A model generated the notes under the pieces. That model was not told the origin of the DNA. It saw only the letters and a program-made list of their open reading frames with translations, and made no database searches. A stretch of 55,476 bases of DNA, taken from Gammaproteobacteria bacterium. GTDB taxonomy: Bacteria; Pseudomonadota; Gammaproteobacteria; GCA-001735895. A program made the translations under genes and the position numbers. The stretch is taken from assembly GCA_050298595.1 (NCBI GenBank), contig JBNKUM010000017.1, positions 1 through 55,476 of the forward strand, given 5' to 3'. The first letter of the stretch is position 1. Each line of letters begins with the position of its first letter. This document shows, one piece after another, positions 49,534 through 55,476 of the stretch.

Positions 49534-50244
49534 CTACTTGCAACATGTAGATATAACCAGTTCGCCATGCCAATCATTTGCATTTGGATTTCGATCTTTT
49601 GCGCCATGATGCCTAATCCAGCTATCACCGAATGTGCTTTCTATCAGGTAACTGCTAGCGCTCTTATACATCCATAATGCGTTCAGAGCCCCCCTGTCTT
49701 CCTTAAAACCTGTTGGGCAAGATCCGCTTTTTAAAATACAGTAGTGTCCATCGGGCCAATCACCTTGCTTTGATTCCAGCATGCTTACCTTTTCTTGAAG
49801 ATTGAAAAGAACATCGAGCTTATCCGCACCGTCCTTCAATTTATCGGCTGCACTGGCGACGGCTAATACTCCGTCCTTATCCAGTTGATTGACTTGACTT
49901 CTAAGATTTGCGACATCGCGCGTTAATCTATTGGCTTCCTCACCAACAAACCTAGCTCTTTCTTGCACTTTGGCGCTTTCTTGCAATGCAGTAGCAAGAG
50001 AATTCAATTTCTCTGCTAACAAGGGAGATATTTCAGAACGAATTTCTGATTTAACCAAGGCTGTCGCTTGACTAGCAGCTTGCTGAGGAATGATTCCAAA
50101 CACGTAACCTAGCCCAGCTATGATGGCAAGGAAATTGGCAGCTCCAAGCAAGCCGAGCCATTTCAGAAGATAACTATTAATTGCGTCGACTTCCGACTGG
50201 CTGAGCTGAGTTTTTTCTGACTTTGAATTTTGATCGTCTCCCAT
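49534..50244 (-). CDS. Membrane-anchored coiled-coil protein with Cys-rich ApeC-like C-terminus
   Basis: TM, heptad region, WPDGHYCILKSGSCPTGF...ISTCCK. Confidence 0.7.
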   Translation of the reverse strand: MGDDQNSKSEKTQLSQSEVDAINSYLLKWLGLLGAANFLAIIAGLGYVFGIIPQQAASQATALVKSEIRSEISPLLAEKLNSLATALQESAKVQERARFVGEEANRLTRDVANLRSQVNQLDKDGVLAVASAADKLKDGADKLDVLFNLQEKVSMLESKQGDWPDGHYCILKSGSCPTGFKEDRGALNALWMYKSASSYLIESTFGDSWIRHHGAKDRNPNANDWHGELVISTCCK

Positions 50245-50483
50245 ATCTCTCTCCCTAATATTCTAAATATGTGGAAAATTGCGGTGTTTAAAAACCTCAC
50301 AATCCATATATGACTTTTGAAGTTGAGCTGTTTTTTAAAAGTGAAAATCCTATCTTTCCTTTTTAAATTCAAAAGGTTGTAAATTTCACATCCTTTTTAT
50401 TCTTGTTTTAACTCCCGGAATATTACAGCATTTTGCCATGATATTGGTAAATCGATTGAAAAACCGGAGACAGCTGACACCAC

Positions 50484-51407
50484 CTAACCCACCAAAACCC
50501 CCTCAATATCCGAAACCTTAATCTCCGCTATACACCCCGAATTAAAAGCTATCGCATCCCCCTCAATACCATCAGAAAAAATTACCCCCTGTTCCGGCAT
50601 GTATGATTCCAGTTTCAGGGTGTTTTTATTGGTCACTTTTCCAAAAACCAGATCCGTGCCAGTAGCCTGACTAGGGAAGGGCTCACGCACGGCGAACTGG
50701 AGCTTTTTCTCATCCCAGGCAAAGCCCTCTGACATGGGGTGTGCCTTTTGGCCGACTACGCCGATAGCACCGGCCAGTACAGACTGGAACCATCCGGTTG
50801 AGCCAAACCCGGTGGATACAATAATGCCGGATGAGCTTTGCATCTCTGATTGGCCATTCCATTCGATCAGGTAGCGGGCTGAGGTGTGTGATTTGGGGCC
50901 GATAAATAGATCATTCACCGCCAGCATGCTTTGCCCAAGATTTGTTTTAGCTTCAGCAAAGGTTACCCTTCTCTGATCAGCATTCCCGCTCAGGGTTTGT
51001 TGAACGGCTTTGTCCAGATCATCGATTTCAAAAGGGAGTAGCTTGCCGTCCCAGCGCTCGGGATCTGGATTGATCCCGATCACGGGTTGACCATCAAGAT
51101 ACTTTAAGGTGTTTGCGACCAGACCATCCTGTCCGATGACGATGACTATGTCCTGTTTACCGAACTGATAGTTGGGTAAGAAGCTGCGCTCCAGTTGTTG
51201 AAAGATACCTTTGGAGCGAAGCATGACCTTTGCTGTGGTGATTCGCTGTGTGTAGAGGTCATGCTCGTCCAGGTAATCCTTTACATCGACCTGATTGTGC
51301 TCCAGGTAAAACTTCGCCTGGGGCCAGGTATTGAAGCGTTCGATCAATTCCTGCAGGCGGGTTTTACGGGTAATCAGGATAAAGCGTTGGTCTCTGGATG
51401 ACATCAC
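50484..51407 (-). CDS. NAD-kinase-like protein (NrtY-type)
   Basis: IGQDGL (GGDG variant), VNDLF, SSGIIVSTGFGSTGW. Confidence 0.85.
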   Translation of the reverse strand: MMSSRDQRFILITRKTRLQELIERFNTWPQAKFYLEHNQVDVKDYLDEHDLYTQRITTAKVMLRSKGIFQQLERSFLPNYQFGKQDIVIVIGQDGLVANTLKYLDGQPVIGINPDPERWDGKLLPFEIDDLDKAVQQTLSGNADQRRVTFAEAKTNLGQSMLAVNDLFIGPKSHTSARYLIEWNGQSEMQSSSGIIVSTGFGSTGWFQSVLAGAIGVVGQKAHPMSEGFAWDEKKLQFAVREPFPSQATGTDLVFGKVTNKNTLKLESYMPEQGVIFSDGIEGDAIAFNSGCIAEIKVSDIEGVLVG

Positions 51408-52421
51408 TTAACCCCTTTTCATCATTTGACCGAACAGGTCGGGTGTAATGGTTAACTCGCCGATCTTGTCTGAGTTTTGCGCCAGTGATTCAAAGGCCAT
51501 TGCCATTAACTGTTCTGGCTGCATATTAGCTAGCGCCATAGCTTTCAGATTCTCCACCGGCAGCTCTTTGAAGGCTTTCATTTTACTCGCCACTGCATAG
51601 GCATCTGCATCCGATTCTTCCTTACGGTTTGCTACCGAGCGTTCGACCAGTTTCTGTCTCTCGGTTTCATTATCAATCTCGGCCTGGATGCGTTCGCGTT
51701 CAGTTTCTGCCTTACCGCGTTGTAGCTGGCGTTCATTCTGGATTCGAGATTCTTCGATCTGTTGCTCTTTTTGCTGTATGTCGTGTTGAGTTTGCAACTC
51801 TGCCTCTTTAATGGTTCGTTCCTGTTCCACTGATGATTTACGACGCGCATAGATGGCATCATCCGCTTCCTTCAGAATTGATTCCCTGGCTTCGGCTTCT
51901 AAGGCCTTGCGGGTTTCTGGAGTAGGGGTGATAGCAATTACCGAAGTCTTTAAGATCACTATACCCATGGCTTCTAATGATTCATCGTTGGCCAGGCGTT
52001 GCTTGAGATCATTGGCAAGCTCTACATTGATTGCTAAGGCTGATCTCAATGAAAGTGTTTGCACCTTTTCCTGCACAATGGCCTGAGCTGACTGGATGAC
52101 TCGATCGGATAGTTTCATGGGGTCATCTGAGATATAGGATTGACCATCTTTTTTTAGAACGAAGTTCAACATACTGGCGGTCTTTTCTGCATCTTCGATG
52201 CGAAAGGTGATTTGCCCCTGAACCCTGACCTCCTGAAAATCTGAGGTTTGCAGCCCAAAAATAAATGGCGCCTCCTGTGCATTCACTGGGACTGCTGCAA
52301 TGGATGAAGTGGCGGACAGGTAGAAAAAACTTAGCCCTTTACCCTGTTTCACTATGCGCCCATTTCTGGTTTTCACCACATAGGTGGAAGGATCGGCTTT
52401 AAAATATTGAATACCAAACAT
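51408..52421 (-). CDS. SPFH/Band 7 domain protein (NrtX-type)
   Basis: GLSFFY, TSDFQEVRVQG, ADDAIYARR plus coiled coil. Confidence 0.88.
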   Translation of the reverse strand: MFGIQYFKADPSTYVVKTRNGRIVKQGKGLSFFYLSATSSIAAVPVNAQEAPFIFGLQTSDFQEVRVQGQITFRIEDAEKTASMLNFVLKKDGQSYISDDPMKLSDRVIQSAQAIVQEKVQTLSLRSALAINVELANDLKQRLANDESLEAMGIVILKTSVIAITPTPETRKALEAEARESILKEADDAIYARRKSSVEQERTIKEAELQTQHDIQQKEQQIEESRIQNERQLQRGKAETERERIQAEIDNETERQKLVERSVANRKEESDADAYAVASKMKAFKELPVENLKAMALANMQPEQLMAMAFESLAQNSDKIGELTITPDLFGQMMKRG

Positions 52422-52435
52422 GATATTTCTCCTTA

Positions 52436-52506
52436 GTGACTATTGGACACAATTAGATTGTGACTTATAGTCACTAAAAGTCAAGGAGAAAGTGACAAAA
52501 AGTCAC
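52436..52506. promoter_or_regulatory. Three putative NrtR operators
   Basis: GTGAC-N5-GACAC (52436), GTGAC-N5-GTCAC (52460 and 52492). Confidence 0.75.
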
Positions 52507-52529
52507 AAATAAATTTATTTTGGGTTAAA

Positions 52530-53294
52530 ATGACCTCGTTGTATGCAACTTCTGATGAGTATGAGAGCCGCCAGATGACGACCAGAAAAACCACAGATAA
52601 TATTCAAAAGCCATTACTGACCGTGGATTCAGTCCTGTTTACCTACCATGACAGAGCGTTAAAAATTCTGCTGGTGGAGCGATCTTCAGCGCCTGAGCAG
52701 GGTAAGTGGGGATTACCTGGCGGTATTGTGGATGTTGAGAAAGATGAGGATTTGAAGGATACGGCATTACGCAAACTGGTTGAGAAAACGAGCGTGACAC
52801 CGCCGTATCTGGATCAATTAGAAACGGTTGGCAATCAGTCGCGTGACCCAAGAGGGTGGTCGGTTACGGTTTGTTATACGGCCTTGATGGCCTATCAGGA
52901 TTGTCAGCAGCATGTCAGTCATGTATCGGATGTGCGCTGGGTTGAGCTGGACAAAGCGCTTAATATGCAGCTGGCCTTTGATCATCATGACCTGGTTTTA
53001 AGCGCACGAGAACGTATGCGGCAGAGAGCGCTGTATTCCATTGCGCCTGGTTTTGCCCTGCCAGAAAAGTTTACCTTAACCGATCTGCAGCATTTGCATG
53101 AGCTGCTGATTGGAAAGCCTATTCAGAAGCGATCCTTCAGAAGAAGAATAGAGCAGGCCGATTTACTGATCGATAGCGGTGAAAAACAGCACGAAGGAGG
53201 GCGTCCTGCGACCTTATATCGGATGAAAGATGAGGCGATGAGCCACCGATTTGTGCGCAATCTTGAGGCTGGTGATACGCCTTCCGGGAAATAA
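52530..53294 (+). CDS. nrtR: NrtR-family Nudix-wHTH regulator (start may be 52575)
   Basis: WGLPGG, degenerate Nudix box, RDPRGW, LAFDH, wHTH FTLTDLQ...SFRRR...GGRPATLY. Confidence 0.9.
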   Translation: MTSLYATSDEYESRQMTTRKTTDNIQKPLLTVDSVLFTYHDRALKILLVERSSAPEQGKWGLPGGIVDVEKDEDLKDTALRKLVEKTSVTPPYLDQLETVGNQSRDPRGWSVTVCYTALMAYQDCQQHVSHVSDVRWVELDKALNMQLAFDHHDLVLSARERMRQRALYSIAPGFALPEKFTLTDLQHLHELLIGKPIQKRSFRRRIEQADLLIDSGEKQHEGGRPATLYRMKDEAMSHRFVRNLEAGDTPSGK

Positions 53295-53580
53295 ACAGGC
53301 GCTGCCACTCATAATCGAGCATTTAAACATATAATCGGGGAAGCTATCCCGACAGGGCTTAATTTATGCAACAGGGATATCACAGGGCCGACCTGTACAT
53401 TAATTGCCGCAGCGGGCTGGATATTCAGCCGCGAGGCATTGGTTAGCTATAAACCTTTAACCTTTATGGGGGGGCAAGTTTAGCCCTTAGAAAGCAGGGA
53501 TTAGAAAGCCAGGGCGGAGAGCAATCTTTTTAAATATCAGTGCCTCCTGCCCCGTTTTTTTGGGTGGTCGGAATGACCTC

Positions 53581-53865
53581 TCAAAAATCAACCGCACCAA
53601 TTTCCGCAACGAATGGATTATTGAATTTCATCACCGCCTGGTGGGCGGGATGCTGTTGGTAAACCCTGAGTGCTTCTATCGACGCGAATTTTATGCTCAG
53701 CAGGACATCCCAACTGCGAGCTTCCCGCAGAACATCACGGCCTACTTCCAGTGCCTCGATTTCATCGATCTCATCCGATAGCGCCCGGATTTTTTGGCAG
53801 AATTGTTCGATATGCTGTTCGTCTGTCCCGGTTTTGTATTTGATGAAGACGAAGTGCTTTATCAT
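53581..53865 (-). CDS. Dabb-family stress-responsive A/B barrel protein
   Basis: MIKHFVFIK...YQQHPAH...VDF. Confidence 0.88.
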   Translation of the reverse strand: MIKHFVFIKYKTGTDEQHIEQFCQKIRALSDEIDEIEALEVGRDVLREARSWDVLLSIKFASIEALRVYQQHPAHQAVMKFNNPFVAEIGAVDF

Positions 53866-55157
53866 GCCACCGCCTTTTGCACTTTGGCGCCAGTCTCGAT
53901 GATCGACGGTGAGGCATTCAGGGTTTCAATGGCAAAACCCGCTGCGGCTTTGTATTTATGCATCACTTTTTCTCGCTCGGCGGCCGGGAATACTGCCTCA
54001 ATATCATCGAATACTCCGCCGCAGCGTTCATCGAGGATATTCAGTAACTGGAATGGACCGGCTCCCCGGTTACGCAACACAACGGCATTGATTTTTTCGC
54101 ATTGCTGTTCGTTGTAGGCATTCAATGCCTCGCTACTGGCACCGTGTTCGAGCATGGCGGCACCTAATACGCGCGCATCGACAATGGCCTGAGTCGCGCC
54201 GTTTGATCCGGTGGGGTACATCACATGTGCTGCGTCGCCCAGTAACGCCACATTGCCATCGATCCAACTGGGTATGGGGTCCCGATCGATCATAGGGTAC
54301 TCATAGGCACTGTCCGCTTTACTCAACATCTCCGGCACATTGATCCAGTCATAATCCCAATCCTCGAAGTGGTGAATAAAATCTTCAAGCTCGACCTTTT
54401 TATTCCAGTCACCACTGGTCCAGTCTGCGGAATTGTCTGGATTGGTCACTTCGGCAATCCAGTTGATGGTTGCCATTCCCGTTTCGGGATCGACAGGCGA
54501 AATCGGATAAAACACGACGCGGTGATGATGGCTGCCCAGTCCGACAAAAGAGGAACCGGTTCGGATCGGTACGCCCGGCGAGGTGCCGCGCCACATAATC
54601 GTGCCACCCCATTGAATCGGCGGCTGGTCCGGATGCATTTGCGCGCGCACGGCCGAGTGTAATCCATCCGCGGCAATCAGCAGACTCCCTTCGACATCAA
54701 ACCGTTCTCCGTCGCGGGTCTCGATGGTGGCGGTGACACCATCATCCTGGTTTTTATAAGCCACGACTTTATGCCCTGTCTGAACAGATGCTTCTCCAAG
54801 CCTTTCTTTGCAGGTTCGGTAAAGCAGCATTTGCAACTGCCCGCGGTGCACCGCATATTGCGGCCAGTTGTAGCCCGCTTCCAATCCACGTGGCTCGGAA
54901 TAGACCTCTTTGCCGTTCAGGCCCACCAGCGCCCATTCCTTTGCCTTGACACCGATGCCATCCAGCGCCTGCTCATTGAAGCCTAATTCATAGAGCTCTC
55001 TTACCGCATTGGGCTGCAGGTTAATACCTACTCCCAGAGGTTGCAGTTGCTTTACGGATTCAAAAACAACACATTCGATGCCAATTTGATGCAGGGTTAG
55101 CGCGACACTCAAGCCACCAATACCCCCACCGGCAATAATTACAGGACGCTTTTTCAT
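53862..55157 (-). CDS. FAD-dependent monooxygenase (aromatic hydroxylase family)
   Basis: GGGIGGL, AADGLHSAVR, LLGDAAHVMYPTGSNGA. Confidence 0.92.
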   Translation of the reverse strand: MKKRPVIIAGGGIGGLSVALTLHQIGIECVVFESVKQLQPLGVGINLQPNAVRELYELGFNEQALDGIGVKAKEWALVGLNGKEVYSEPRGLEAGYNWPQYAVHRGQLQMLLYRTCKERLGEASVQTGHKVVAYKNQDDGVTATIETRDGERFDVEGSLLIAADGLHSAVRAQMHPDQPPIQWGGTIMWRGTSPGVPIRTGSSFVGLGSHHHRVVFYPISPVDPETGMATINWIAEVTNPDNSADWTSGDWNKKVELEDFIHHFEDWDYDWINVPEMLSKADSAYEYPMIDRDPIPSWIDGNVALLGDAAHVMYPTGSNGATQAIVDARVLGAAMLEHGASSEALNAYNEQQCEKINAVVLRNRGAGPFQLLNILDERCGGVFDDIEAVFPAAEREKVMHKYKAAAGFAIETLNASPSIIETGAKVQKAVA

Positions 55158-55343
55158 GAAATTTCTCGTTATCGTAGTTGATCAAACTTCTTCCCGGATG
55201 ATGCCGGGGCCAACCAAAAGCCATGGCCGAAGGCGGGATTTTACAGAGGTAGGAGGGTTTAGGCTAGAAAACATCGAAATCAAATGGGCGACCCCGTTGT
55301 CACCATGGGTCCTCGAACGGACAAAACGGACAAAACCGGGTCG

Positions 55344-55476
55344 CCCATTAGGCAAATTGTCAAGCGAAGGCACAAAAAAATCCTCCCGATATACCGGGCT
55401 GTTATAATCATCGATACATTTAAATCAGCGCACCCGTCTTTTCATAGTAATGGTGACGCAGTAAATGCGCACCAGT
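55344..55476 (-). mobile_element. Right end of a second, inverted copy of the IS110-family element (runs off window)
   Basis: Reverse complement of 39408-39540 with no mismatch seen. Confidence 0.93.

Noticed and set aside
55156-55407. ORFs at the window end
   Set aside because: Span intergenic DNA and the IS end; no motifs

Overview
Bacterial chromosome segment, most likely from a gammaproteobacterium (inferred from the protein families present). About 1-30 kb is mainly core and metabolic genes: an ECF sigma/anti-sigma pair, an ArsS-like radical SAM operon, a TonB-dependent receptor operon with its own exbB-exbD-tonB, nadE, rpmB-rpmG, folB-folK, 5-oxoprolinase, araC-azlCD, an SPL-like radical SAM and a thioredoxin. 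About 27-55 kb is a mosaic accessory region of single cargo genes separated by small mobile DNA: IS4-type MITEs with 11-bp target duplications, a 46-bp insertion element, REP/RAYT relics, IS91/ISCR oriIS ends and solitary attC sites. The strongest non-gene signal is an intact IS110-family (IS1111-like) element. Its ends can be placed at 38085-39540 because it split a MITE target duplication, and its 3' non-coding end contains a hairpin whose loop arms match the insertion targets, as expected of a bridge/seek RNA. A second copy starts at 55344. Other candidates: a C4-type antisense RNA able to pair over the RBS of a SymE-like toxin gene; an attC cassette encoding a protein with an apextrin (ApeC)-like C-terminus next to a TIGR04141/DUF6119 gene; and an NrtR-controlled SPFH plus NAD-kinase-like operon with three visible operators. 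All family calls come from motif recognition by eye; no database search or folding program was run.
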